Assembly: GCA_026770705.1 (NCBI GenBank)
Contig: JANJGN010000009.1
Location: 164,424,001-164,488,000, forward strand
From: Isurus oxyrinchus
Lineage: Eukaryota
DNA length: 64,000 nt
Direction of reading: 5' to 3'
Below are positions 23,301-34,340 of this stretch, in pieces. The translations under genes were made by a program, and so were the position numbers. Each line of letters begins with the position of its first letter. Position 1 is the stretch's first letter. The notes below the pieces were generated by a model. The model was not told the DNA's origin. It worked only from the letters and a program-made list of their open reading frames with translations, and made no database searches.

Positions 23301-26300
23301 AGAACGTGGTCCTTAATTGGACAATTAATTGGTTAAATTGCAGGGAGACGGTAGCCTTGATGGAATCTCACTGGACTAGTAATTCAAAGGCCCAGGATAT
23401 TGCCCTGGAGACATGGGCTCAAATTGCACCATGGCAGCTGGTGGAATTTGAATTCAACTAATAAACTAATAAAGCTAGTCTCAGGAATGATTACCATGAC
23501 AACTATGATCAATTATTGTAAAAAAAATGCCATCTAGTTCACTAATGTCCTTTAGGGAAGGCAATTTGACATCCTTACCCTGTCTGGCCTACATGTGACT
23601 CCAAACCCACAACAAAGTGGTTGACTCTTAACTATTTCCTACATTGGCCTAGCAAGTCACTCAACTCAAGGGAATTTAAGGCTGGTTAACAAAAACTGAC
23701 CTTGCCAGCGACACCCATAACCCATGAAAATTTTTTTTAAATCCACCGACTGGAGATGGAAGGCATGTTGCTGAGATTTCTGCCACTGGCAATAACTTGT
23801 GGCAGCAGGAAAACACTGGACTCCCTTCCTGTCACCGTCCACTGCCATTTTCCAAGTCCTCCTGCCTCCCAGTCCCTCTCCAGTGGGCCAGTAAAACTCA
23901 GCCCATTCTTATCATGTCACTTTCCCAATGCCAGTCGATCGATTGGAAATCAAAACACCTGCAAGCTTACACAGGGAGGAAACCCAGCACTATATATGCA
24001 TCTAGTCATGTGTTTTGTTGTAGTTACCTCTGATTTCACCCTTTTATCCCAGTCCTACAAATTCAGCCAACACCTGCCCAAAAACCATTGAATAACCTGA
24101 TCATTTGAATTAAGCAACACAAACATTACAAAGAGGGAATTTAGTGTGGGAAAATGATTATTAAATAATTAACATGACTCAATTCAGAGGAGTACACTAT
24201 ATACAGAGAGCACTTTTAATAATAAAATGTTCAACCACTCCCTCTCTTATAGGTCCACTATGGAGTTCAACACAAGGCCCAACCACTAGCAAAGCAGGAA
24301 ATACTAAAACTTTTGTTACTACAGCTCTCACCACTTCTTCCTCCAGTGTCTCTCCTGAGTAAGTCCTGTTAAAACCAAACTCAGTGTATTTGTTGCCATA
24401 GTGTGTGTACATAAGGAATGATAGACCACAGAACTATTTTAGAGAAAAACCCATTGGGCTGACCGCAATGTGGAGCTTCATTATTCAATCAATGATAGTT
24501 GTCATGGTCACCATTACTGAGACTAGCTTTATATTCCAGATTTATTAATTCATTTCAAATTCCACCAGCTGCTGTGATGAGGTTTGAAACCATGTCTCCT
24601 GGGCAACATCCTGGGCCTCTAGATTACTAGTCAACACTGGCAGTGAAGTTGGTCCCTCAAAGATCAAAACCAATGTTGTGTAAGTTTACCAACAGGGAAA
24701 AAGTATTCTGCAAATAGCTCACTTTTAAATTCCAAATGAAGGCACCGCACAATATACAAATTCATTGCCTGTGGTAATCTTTGGTGAAACTTAAAATAGA
24801 TCCTGTTTTTTTTTTGGCTTTGGCACTAAAACAGGTTTCACAAATTTCTGATCACCCGCCCTTTTTTTTTAAGGTGATTAACTAAATAAAACCAATTGCA
24901 TTACATTTTTCACTTTTCTGCTGCTCAATGCCATGTTAAGACGTCCTACATATATTCTCTATAGAACTTCCATGTGATAATCTATCTCTTCTGGCATGGT
25001 CCAAGAGCAATTATTGCACAGCACACCAAAAGTGGTTTTGATAAATCCACATCTTCAGCATTTAATCTTCCCCTGGAGCCTCAGCAGTGAATGGGGATAT
25101 TGGAAAACAAGAGTTGGCCTGTGTAAAATCAATCCCACTCACTTACAGCAGCATGGTCTTTAGGTGTGATTGATATCAGAATTACCCATTCCTCTCCATT
25201 CTGAATGGGAATAGTGTGGTCACTATGTGCAGACAAGAGTAACAGCATTCTGCAAGAAGTCCTGAGGCTGCAAGACAAACTTTTATTCAAAAAGTCAAAA
25301 ATAAAACTGAGCTTGACCAAGTCAGCAGACAGAAAACACCTAAACATCATGTCATGGTGGTACGATATGACAGCTGGTATGTGCCAGGCTGACAAAATCC
25401 CAGAGGGAAACTTAGCCACGCTATCACAATGATCTTGCAACTTGTATTTATTACCAGAAGGTTTGTGACCTGAAGTCAGAAGTAACGAGTCCACTATCAC
25501 TTTTTAGAAATTTTAAAGATTAAATTAAAACATTTATGAACAAAAGAAAGAAAACTTAAACACACAAGTTTTCCGTTACACAGTTACGTTTAGTTTTATA
25601 ACAGTTCCCACAAGATATATATTTAACTACACTCCCAACTACACACCCCTTTCAGGCAACAATCCAAAATAGATTATTAAACTGTGAAACATCTAGCAAA
25701 ATTACCACAATTATGCACCATTCTTTGCAGCTGCTAGAGATTACAATGCAAGGTCCATGGGGGAGGGTGGGTGCATAAATTCATGACCTTCTAACCCAGA
25801 GATGTTACCTACTGAGCCATGACATACACATAGACTATGGCCACCTTGAGCTCCAATTACTTAAATCCAGGATGTCAGTAGGTCAACAAGCAATTAAACC
25901 ATTTGTATTAAATTCCTATTTTAACAGAAACATTCATTTGCTTTTGAAAAACCTTTGCTAATACAGCTAGAAAAAGAATTTAGTAGGAACACATTTAAAT
26001 GTTCACACACTAATCCTGGCACAGTCTAATTCCAAGGGCATAGAGCTTCATTAAATGGTGGCAGAAAGACTGGTTGCTTATATTATACTTCGTTTAGAGC
26101 TACAGGTATAGCAACATTAAAATGTATTTCTTATTTGTACTTGATCAGATTGAAACAGAATGAACTTGGGAGAAATATGATGTAATTACACCAGCTCTGT
26201 CTATCTCACACTCCAAAAATCTTAATTTTTACAGTGAGAAACAGTGGCATGTGATTCTGCCAGCGATCATGGTGCTAATCATCCTACTGCTCGTTGCTGC

Positions 26301-29300
26301 TATCATTCTTTATGTGAAACTAAAACTGCAGAAGAAAAGAGGTACATTCTGTCCAAAGTAAAATGTAAAAGTCATGAGCAATCATTTTTTAAAATAGCTA
26401 TGAAAACAAATTAACATTTATTTAAGCAGCGCTTTTCAGAACCTCCGAATCTCCCTGAATCACATAACAGCCAGGTAAATATTTTGAATTGCAGTCACTG
26501 TTGTAATGTTGGAAATATTGCATCTAATTTGCACACAGCAAGATCCCACAAACAGCACCTGTCACCTGTTTGGTGATGTGAGTTGAGGGATAAATATTGG
26601 TACTGACACCAAGAAGATCTCCCCTGGACTTCTTTGAAAATAGTGGCATGGGATCTTTTGCACAGACAGGACCATAGTCTAATGGCTCGCGCAAAACATC
26701 AAGGTTTTTCAGCGTTTCCTGACCATTTCCTGCTTCCATATGTGCAAAGAGCTTTTAAACCACTGCTAGCACACGTAAAAAGACTCTTTTAAAGAATAGC
26801 AAACATCATCAGGTCAGGAACATACAACAGGAATTAAATTCAATGTATCTGATGTGCTTCTAACATTTGAATATTTTGCAGCACTCTCGGAATAAAAAGT
26901 CTTATGCAAAAACTGAGAAATTGCAAATCGGGCCAGGACAGGTTGTACCCTGACTCACCCTGAATGTTGAGTTGACAATTAATCTGGGATGTTGAGGAGC
27001 AGCTTCAAAACAGACTATCCATGAGGGAATGAAACTCAGAAATTTGAAACCCAGATAATTAACATTAACAGTAAAGATGCAAAGCTGAAGATTTGCTAAT
27101 AGGAATTAGAGTGAGCTTCCTAGGAGTAGTTCTAAGGCATAGAATCCAGAAGACTTGGGTCCTATCACTGCAGTCTTTGCTAAATTACCTGGGGCAGCAA
27201 TTGATGTGCTGCGATTGATCTCAGATATTGCAGGGAAAGTATATGTGAGGATGGCAGCAGACAACAGGTTTGTGCTTTACTCTGATGCCTTCAACAATTG
27301 GATCACTTTTTTTGATTTTATTCTTTCACGGAACATGGGTGTCGCTAGCTAGGCTAGCATTTTTGTTTCCCATTCCTAATTGCCCTTGAGAAGGTGGAGG
27401 TGAGCCATCTTCTTGAACTGCTGTCAACCATGAAGTGTAGATGCACCCAAAGTGCTGTTAGGGAGGGAGTTCCAGGATTTTGACCTAGTGACAGTGATGG
27501 AACGATGATGCAGTTCCAAGTCAGGATGGTGTGTGGCTTGGAGGACAACTTTCCAGGTGGTGGTGTTCCCATGCACCTGCTGACCTGTCCTTCTAGATAG
27601 TAGAGATCAAGCATTTGGAAGATGTTGTCAAAGGAACCTTTGTGAGTTGCTGCAGTGCATCTTGTAGATGGTACAAACTGCTGCTACTGTGCATCAGTGG
27701 TGGAGGGAATGGATGTTGGAGGTGGTGGATAAGGTGCCAATCAAGCTGGCTGCTTTGTCCTGAATGGTGTCGAGCTTCTTAAGTGTTGATGGAGCTGCAC
27801 ACATCCAAGCAAGTGGAGAGCATTCCATCACACTCCTGACTGGTGCCTTGCGTGTGGCGGACAACTTCTGGGGAGTCATAAGGTGAGTTACTCTGGGCAG
27901 AATTCCCAGCCTCTGACCTGCTCTTGTAGCCACAGTATTTATATGGCGCGTCCAGTTCAGTTTCTTATCAAAAATAACCCCCAGGATGTTTATAATGAGG
28001 GATTTAGCGATGGTAATGCCATTTAATGTCAAGGGAAGATGGTTGGATTCTCTTTCGTTGGAGATGGTCATTACCTGGCACTCATGTGGCATGAGTTTTA
28101 CTTGTCAATAATAATTTTGCAGGCTCGCCGTCCAGGAATGGGCAGTCGAGCAAGCTATCACGAGATAACTAGTAGCAATGGAGCTGAGGACCAGTGAAAG
28201 TCAACAGCTACACAGAGAAAAGGCAAGAAGGAAAGAGGAAATTAACAAAAGAAAAAGTCTAAAAGGAGAAGAAAAGATTGGAATATTCACAAATGAACAC
28301 AATCAAGCTATTTCCAATAATATTATACTCTTGGCTCCCAGCAGTGAGAAAACTATTTGTTTTAGATCATTTTAACTCAAAAAATTGCCTGGATTTTAGT
28401 CAGTAACAAAATGATGGCTCTCGCTGCTGACATTCAAGAATGCTGCCTACAAAGATTTAGCAATCTCTGTGACATGAATTTCATCTTTTCCTCTGTTAAT
28501 TTCATTCTGATACCAATTAGAGGGGATCTCCGGTAGCATCCGTCATATTATCGAGCAGGCGAAGCAGCCAGTCAAATTGAACAAAAACAAAAATACCTGG
28601 AAAAACTCAGCAGGTCTGACAGCATCTGTGGAGAGGGACACAGTTGACGTTTCGAGTCCGTATGACCCTTCATCAGAACTAAGGAAATAGAGAAATGGGG
28701 TGAAATATAAGCTGGTGGAGGGGGTGGGACAGGTAGAGCTCGACAGGGAGCCAGTGATAGGTGAAGGCAAAGAAGAGATTGCCAAAGATGTCATAGGCAA
28801 AAGGACAAAGGGGGATTGATGGTGGTGACATTATCTAAGGAATGTGTTAATGGGGACATTAAGGGTAGTGAGCAGGACAAGCTAGTGGCAGATGGCCCTA
28901 GTGGGGGTGGGGTGCGGGGAAGGGGGGAAGGGATCGAAATGGGCTAAAAGGTGGGGATAAAACAATAGATCGAAATAAATTTAAAAATAGGTGGGAAAAG
29001 AAAAATATATTTGTTAAAAAATTCTAAATTATTGGAAAAAGGAGGATTGGAAAGGGGGTGGGAATGGGGGATAGAGTTCATGATCTGAAATTGTTGAACT
29101 CAATGTTAAGTCTGGAAGGCTGTAAAGTGCCTAGTCAGAAGATGAGGTGCTGTTCCTCCAGTTTGTGTTGAGCTTCACTGGAACATTGCAGCAAGCCAAG
29201 GACAGACATGTGGGCATGAGAGCAGGGTGGAGTGTTGAAATGGCAAGCAACAGGGAGGTCTGGATCATGCTTGCAGACAGACCGAAGGTGTTCTGCAAAG

Positions 29301-32300
29301 CGGTCACCCAGTCTGCGTTTGGTCTCTCCAATGTAGAGGAAACCACATTGGGAGCAGCTAATGCAGTAGACTAAATTGAGGGAAGTGCAAGTGAAATGCT
29401 GCTTCACTTGAAAGGAGTGTTTGGGCCCTTGGACGGTGAGGAGAGGGGAAGTAAAGGGGCAGGTGTTGCACCTTCTGCGGTTGCATGGGAAGGTGCCGTG
29501 GGAGGGGATGAGGTGTAGGGGGTGATGGAGGAGTGGACTAGGGTGTCCTGGAGGGAACAATCCCTGTGGAAAGCCGCCAGAAAGGATGAAGGGAAGATGT
29601 GTTTGGTGGTGGCATCGTGCTGGAGTTGGCGGAAATGGGGGAGGATGATCCTTGGAACGCAAAGGCTGGTGGGGTGATAAGTGAGGACAAGATTGAAGCT
29701 TTCTCACAGACAGGTTTTATCATTCAATTTTTATAATTTTACAGAAAGCAAAATAAACATACACGTTAAATTAATGTAGGAGTTGAAGTATCAAAAAGAA
29801 ACTTTTAAAAATATTTTAACATGAAAAGGAGATATTTGACATTCCACAAATATAAAATAGTGTTTTTCAGGGCTAGAGAGACTAATCAACAATAAATATA
29901 ACTAAGTATGCTATTAGAATCCCAGGTACAACTCATTTAACAAGGCATACATTTTTCAAGGGTTTTTCTGGTAAGACTATTAGAGTGAAATGTGGAAGCT
30001 CATGTCAAATTTCTAATTGATTTCTATCTGTTTACACTTCAAGAGCACACTCTGTAGACGAGCAGGGTATTACTGACAGCAACTTCTGGATTTATGCTCT
30101 GCATGTGCGGGTAGCAGAAAATGCCATCAGTTTCATCGAGTTATGATGACAGATGCTGACGGAGCCATCGTTGTTACAACTGAAAAATAAAGGCTGATGT
30201 AAAGAGTTAAAGTCATGATGCCTGGGTATATATTGGATTGCCTAGATGCAGTGCAAAGAGGAGGGTTGGGTAGGAAGCCTCATGGGCACAGAAATCTGTT
30301 CCCAATCCTCTTCTAGGCTGCAACTTTCATGTGATCCAAAATATGCAATCTCAGGAATGGGGAAGTCTGCCCCTTTGTGCCGTTCCAGGGCACTTTGAGG
30401 TTTTGCAAGAGGTTTAGTACTGTCTTACAGTGGATTACTTTATGAATCAAGTACTTTAGAAACCAATGGATTCTGTAATCCAATGGAACCTCCTGAGGAG
30501 GTGACAAGGAAACAAATGTAAATCCAAGGTTATTCTGCCTTTCAGAAGAATAAAACCTCTGCAGAGCAAATGGTAAATTGGCTTTATGAAGTTATACATA
30601 AAACACATATCAAATATCGGTTAAATAAATAAAACCCATCAGGAACCTTTGCAAAAATAAAAGTAAAATACTGCGGATGCTGGAAATCTGAAACAAAATC
30701 AGAAAATGTTGGAAAAATGCATCTGTGGAGAGAGAAAAACAAAGTTAATATTTTGAATCCGTACGAGCTTCTTCAGAGAAGAGGAAATGTGATGAAATTT
30801 AAAACAAAAACAGAATTACCTGGAAAAACTCAGCAGGTCTGGCAGCATCGGCGGAGAAGAAAAGAGTTGACGTTTCGAGTCTTCATGACTCTTCGACAGT
30901 TCTGTCGAAGGGTCATGAAGACTCAAAATGTCAACTCTTTTCTTCTCCGCCGATGCTGCCAGATCTGCTGAGTTTTTCCAGGTAATTCTGTTTTTGTTTT
31001 GGATTTCCAGCATCCGCAGTTTCCTTTGTTTTTATCTCTGTGATGAAATTTATACTGTTTAAGGGGGCGTGGGGCAGGTGGAGCTGGATAGAAGGCCAGC
31101 GATAGGTAGGGACAATGGAGAGACTGACAAAGATGTCACAAACTAAAGGGCAAAAGGATTGTTAATGGCAGTGGTTTGTGCTAAAAAAACAGGTGCTATA
31201 GTGGCATAAAGGTAAGAAAGCAGAATGTGATTATAGCAGAACAAGGATAGCATTGTGTGAAAGAACAACATGGAACAAGCATGGAAACGCTTTGTGGAAC
31301 ACCTGCGGTCTGTCCGCAAGCATGACCCAGACCTCCCTGTCGCTTGCCATTTCAACACTCCACCCTGCTCTCATGCCCACATGTCCGTCCTTGGCTTGCT
31401 ACAATGTTCCAGTGAAGCCCAACGCAAACTGGAGGAACAGCACCTCATCTTCCGACTAGGCACTTTACAGCATTCTGGACTGAATATTGAGTTTAATAAC
31501 TTCAGACCATGAACCCCCTCCTCCATCCCCACCCCCTTTCCGATCCCCTTTCTTCTTCATTCATTTATATTTTTTACCCATTTGTCTTATTTTTATTCAT
31601 TTATCCATAGTTTTATCCCCTTTTTTATCCCATTTTCTATACTTTTTTTCACTCCCCCACCACCACCCCCTCCCCTCACCTCATCCCCTACAGGGCCATC
31701 TGAACCTTGTTTTATGTTGTTCTTTCCCGCAATGCTATCATCACATTCTGCTTTCTTTATGCCACTACTAGTACAATTTTTTTTAGCACTAACCACTACC
31801 ATTAACAATCCCTTTGTCCTTTAGTTCATGACATCTTTGTCTGTCTCTCCTTTGTCCCTACCTATCGCTGGCCTTCTATCCAGCTCCACCTGCCCCACGC
31901 CCCCTTAAACAGTATAAATTTCATCACATTTCCTCTTCTCCAGCTCTGAAGAAGGGTCATACGGACTCAAAACATGTTTGAGCTCAATAACGTGCTTACT
32001 ATAAAATGATGTTTTGTATAACTTTATTTTACAGGCATGAATGAACAGAATTTTACTGGCATGGAAAATCCTGCAGGAGCCTGCAAGGTGAGACGATGTC
32101 ACATCAGAGTCACATGGTTGCAGCAGACCCAAGGAGACCATTGTCAACTCTGGTTGGATACATCCTGGAATGACATTCTGACCACATGACACTTGATCAT
32201 GTGACTGACTGACTTATGTTCAGTCACATGACAAATGCAAATGTTAATGTGTTTGCTCATAAAGGTTGGGTCACCTGTAGTTGCCTGTGGGTTTGAACCT

Positions 32301-33785
32301 GCAACTGTTGTGCAAGAAGTTCTGAGAACCAGGAGGTCGCTCATGACCAGGAGGAGAGGGGAAACATAGGGCAGGGAAGAATAGAAATCAAGGATAATGG
32401 AGTGATTTACAGAGGGTAAAACAGGTGGGAGGAACTTTTACTCCACCATTAACCAGAAATGACTCACTGGAATTGGCTGGTAACTAATAGTAATACTGGG
32501 AACACTCAGATACCCCTAGTAAGTGAAAGCAATAAAATAACTCACTGATAGTACTTTTCATTCCTTCACAGGATATGGGCATCGTTGGCTAGGCCAGCAT
32601 TTATTGCCCAGACCTACCACCTTCCTGAACCACTGCTGTCCATGTAGCGTAGGTACACCCAAGTGCTGTTAGGAAGGGTGTTCCAGGATATTGACCCAGC
32701 GACAGTGAAGGAATGGCAATATAGTTCCAAATCAGGATGGTGTGTGATTTGGAGGGGACCTTGCAAGTGGTGGTGTTCTCCTCTAGGTGGTAGAGGTTGT
32801 GGGTTGGGAAGATGCTGTGGAAGGAGGCTTGGTGAGTTGCTGCAGTGCATTGTGTAGATGGTACACACTGCTGCCCCTGTGTGTCAGTGGTGGAGGGAGT
32901 GAATGTTTAAGGTGGTGGATGGGGTGCCAATCAAGCAGGCTGCTTTTATTCTACCTGATTGAGTATGTGGCAGGAAGGCTTGTGGATGACCTTCCTGCCC
33001 CACCACCAACAGAAGCCCTTCTAAGAGCCTTACCCTGCTATCCAGCAGCAATTGGGATGATTGCCATGCAGGGAGTGTGAGGAGAAACCTATACAGTGTT
33101 GCTTGTGGGCTCTAACACAGGTGGTGCCCTTGTTCAAAGACGCTCAGTGCTTGATCAAGAAAACCAGCATCGGGGACCAGATGACAGCCACCCGCCTACT
33201 CTTTCTGCTGACTACCCTCCCCTGCGATGCCCCCCACCCCCTACCCTCCTGACACCCATCTCCCGTCACCCCTCACCCATATACTGGGATACAGCGATGA
33301 TACTCGGCCTTGGGTGGATGTCTTAGCGGCAGCAGCCACCATCTCCACAGTGCGCTGCCATTCAATTAAACTGCCAGCCTCTGATTGGCTGGCAGCTCTC
33401 GGCATGTGGCCTCTTCCGCCCCTGGGGTCCTTGATCCCAGGAAAGGCCTTCCACTGCCAGTTAAGTGCCTGATTGACACTTAATACAGCAGGCTTTCCCT
33501 AAAAGCCACATGCAGGACTCTCACTGGGCCTCCAGCCGACTGGCCAGATCCCCTTCGCCTCCGTTACACTTGCTGTGAGTTTGCGTTATTGTGGTAACAG
33601 TTTTCCAATTGTCTCAGTTTTCTAAGGAAGATGAAGAGGTGACATACTCCACGGTGAAGACAGCACCCAGAGCTAACTTGGAAAAAACTTACTATAATCT
33701 TCAGGATCTTAAAGCTGAAAGAACAGCCGAAGGCCAAGATGCTTCGGAAACTGTAGAATATTCCAGAGTTTATTTCAAATCATAA
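17313..33785 (+). CDS. Gene B: CD300/CMRF35-like (pIgR/MDIR-family) single Ig-V inhibitory receptor, 267 aa; join(17313..17352,22534..22863,24253..24358,26235..26341,32035..32087,33618..33785)
   Basis: All six exons are bounded by GT/AG with consistent phases (1,1,2,1,0) and total 804 nt, open to a TAA stop. Domains: leader [13 protein letters not shown]; V domain with [20 protein letters not shown] (extra C-C' disulfide typical of CD300/pIgR); S/T stalk; TM; tail with VTYSTV, TYYNL and VEYSRV. Confidence 0.88.
17875..20000 (+). pseudogene. Harbinger Myb/SANT-like DNA-binding gene (spliced, degenerate)
   Basis: [43 protein letters not shown] (donor 18149|gtgagg); second exon from 18780 [17 protein letters not shown] with the TGGG motif. 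Frameshift near 17940. Confidence 0.75.
20000..20917 (-). pseudogene. Harbinger (HARBI1-like, DDE_Tnp_4) transposase, frameshifted and 3' truncated
   Basis: ORFs 20336..20917 and 20043..20339: [14 protein letters not shown], (NRKGFHS)[50 protein letters not shown] 1-nt frameshift lies near 20381. Confidence 0.9.
22534..22863 (+). CDS. Gene B exon 2, Ig V-set domain (CD300/pIgR-like)
   Basis: aacag|GT..GAAG|gtaag, 330 nt, within ORF 22536..22937: [47 protein letters not shown]. Confidence 0.95.
23345..23740 (+). mobile_element. tRNA-derived SINE, same family as 54505-54880
   Basis: cactggactagtaattcaaaggcccagg..catctagttcactaatgtcctttagggaagg..; an antisense fragment lies at 24480-24635. Confidence 0.68.
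24253..24358 (+). CDS. Gene B exon 3, Ser/Thr-rich (mucin-like) stalk
   Basis: ttatag|GT..CCTGA|gtaagt, phase 1 to 2; [35 protein letters not shown]. Confidence 0.85.
26235..26341 (+). CDS. Gene B exon 4, transmembrane (uncharged)
   Basis: ttttacag|T..AGAG|gtacat, phase 2 to 1; [35 protein letters not shown]. Not in the ORF track. Confidence 0.88.
26410..26665 (-). mobile_element. Deu-domain (AmnSINE/SacSINE-like) SINE fragment
   Basis: cagtcactgttgtaatg..aatttgcacacagcaagatcccacaaacagca..gagggataaatattgg..gcatgggatctttt. Related fragments at ~34560-35180 and ~60555-60650. The family name is from recall. Confidence 0.5.
27320..28105 (-). mobile_element. L2/CR1-clade LINE 3' fragment, same family
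   Basis: ORF 27694..28092: [45 protein letters not shown]. Confidence 0.82.
28582..29690 (-). mobile_element. Penelope-like element 3' part (GIY-YIG endonuclease plus pseudo-LTR)
   Basis: ORF 29135..29707: [63 protein letters not shown]. Confidence 0.9.
28642..28680 (-). ncRNA. Minimal type I hammerhead ribozyme motif in a PLE pLTR
   Basis: Minus strand reads AGUU-CUGAUGA-A-GGGUC-AUACG-GACUC-GAAA-CGUC-AACU: canonical core, 5-bp stem II, palindromic ACGU stem III, GUC cleavage triplet and AGUU/AACU stem I. Confidence 0.75.
30660..31975. mobile_element. Penelope-like element in inverted (fold-back) arrangement
   Basis: The + strand GIY-YIG C-terminus ([40 protein letters not shown], 31286-31512) lies between inverted arms ~30760-31280 and ~31700-31975. 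Confidence 0.8.
30801..31038. repeat. Short palindromic PLE pLTR unit inserted in the older PLE, 13-bp TSD
   Basis: Near-perfect ~100-bp inverted arms centred at ~30900. TSD TGTGATGAAATTT at 30788-30800 and 31039-31051. Confidence 0.85.
32035..32087 (+). CDS. Gene B exon 5, short cytoplasmic exon
   Basis: tttattttacag|GC..AAG|gtgaga, phase 1 to 0; [18 protein letters not shown]. Shares ENP and terminal K with the equivalent gene C exon. Confidence 0.72.
32555..32945 (-). mobile_element. LINE 3' fragment, same family
   Basis: ggctaggccagcatttattgccca..ttccaggat.ttgacccagcgacagtgaagg signature. Confidence 0.7.
33618..33785 (+). CDS. Gene B exon 6, ITIM-bearing cytoplasmic tail
   Basis: gtctcag|TTT, phase 0; [55 protein letters not shown]. 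Homologous to 57222-57401. Confidence 0.88.
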   Translation, partial: FSKEDEEVTYSTVKTAPRANLEKTYYNLQDLKAERTAEGQDASETVEYSRVYFKS

Positions 33786-34334
33786 TGAAATAACCAAGTG
33801 TGTAGTTTTTCTGGACAACTCCAGCAATGTGCCTTGAACTTGGCTCCAAATGAACAATCTCCTGTTATAATGTTTCTCAAGAAGAATGTGCGTATGAACT
33901 GAAATATGTCTTAAAGCAATTTTTTTGACATATCTGTGCAGAGATTGTCATGTTACTTTTTTTTACTGAGAGAGTATAGCCTTGGCTAACAGAAATGTTG
34001 TCTTACAAAGAACATCCTTTGGGATTTGTTTGAAGCATGCTTGGTCAGCTAAATTAAGAGGCTGCAGATATTCTAACTCTGCTTTCTGTTGCTGCTGCAA
34101 TGCTTCCTTGTCTATTATAACAGTACTTTACGTCCTTTCTAGCAGTCCTTTTTTTTTGTTAAGTGTGATATGTGAAGTGTGGTGGCTAGTAAAGAAAAAA
34201 ATGTTAAGAATGAGAAACACATACTTTATACTTTAGAGTGTAACTTTGATTGTTGGGAATGGTTTGATGCAAGTTTTGTTTCATAGATGCATATGCAATC
34301 ATGTATAATGGTGTACACAGAGTTTGTGAATGGA

Positions 34335-34340
34335 AATAAA
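34335..34340 (+). terminator. Candidate polyadenylation signal of gene B
   Basis: AATAAA ~550 nt after the stop codon, in AT-rich unique sequence. Confidence 0.35.

Noticed and set aside
22534-24358. TIM/HAVCR-family call for gene B (V domain plus mucin stalk, FG loop PGIKFNEK resembling TIM-3)
   Set aside because: The V domain has 4 Cys rather than the 6 of TIMs and lacks the WFND-type motif. The WCKG..C pattern and ITIM tail fit CD300/pIgR-like receptors.
30546-30572. 27-nt candidate exon KNKTSAEQM in gene B intron 4
   Set aside because: It is phase 0-0 but lies where a phase 1 start is required, and in phase 1 it reads into TAA.
30800-31040. CRISPR-like or terminator-like palindrome
   Set aside because: Eukaryotic context with no repeat-spacer array; explained as inverted Penelope pLTR halves.
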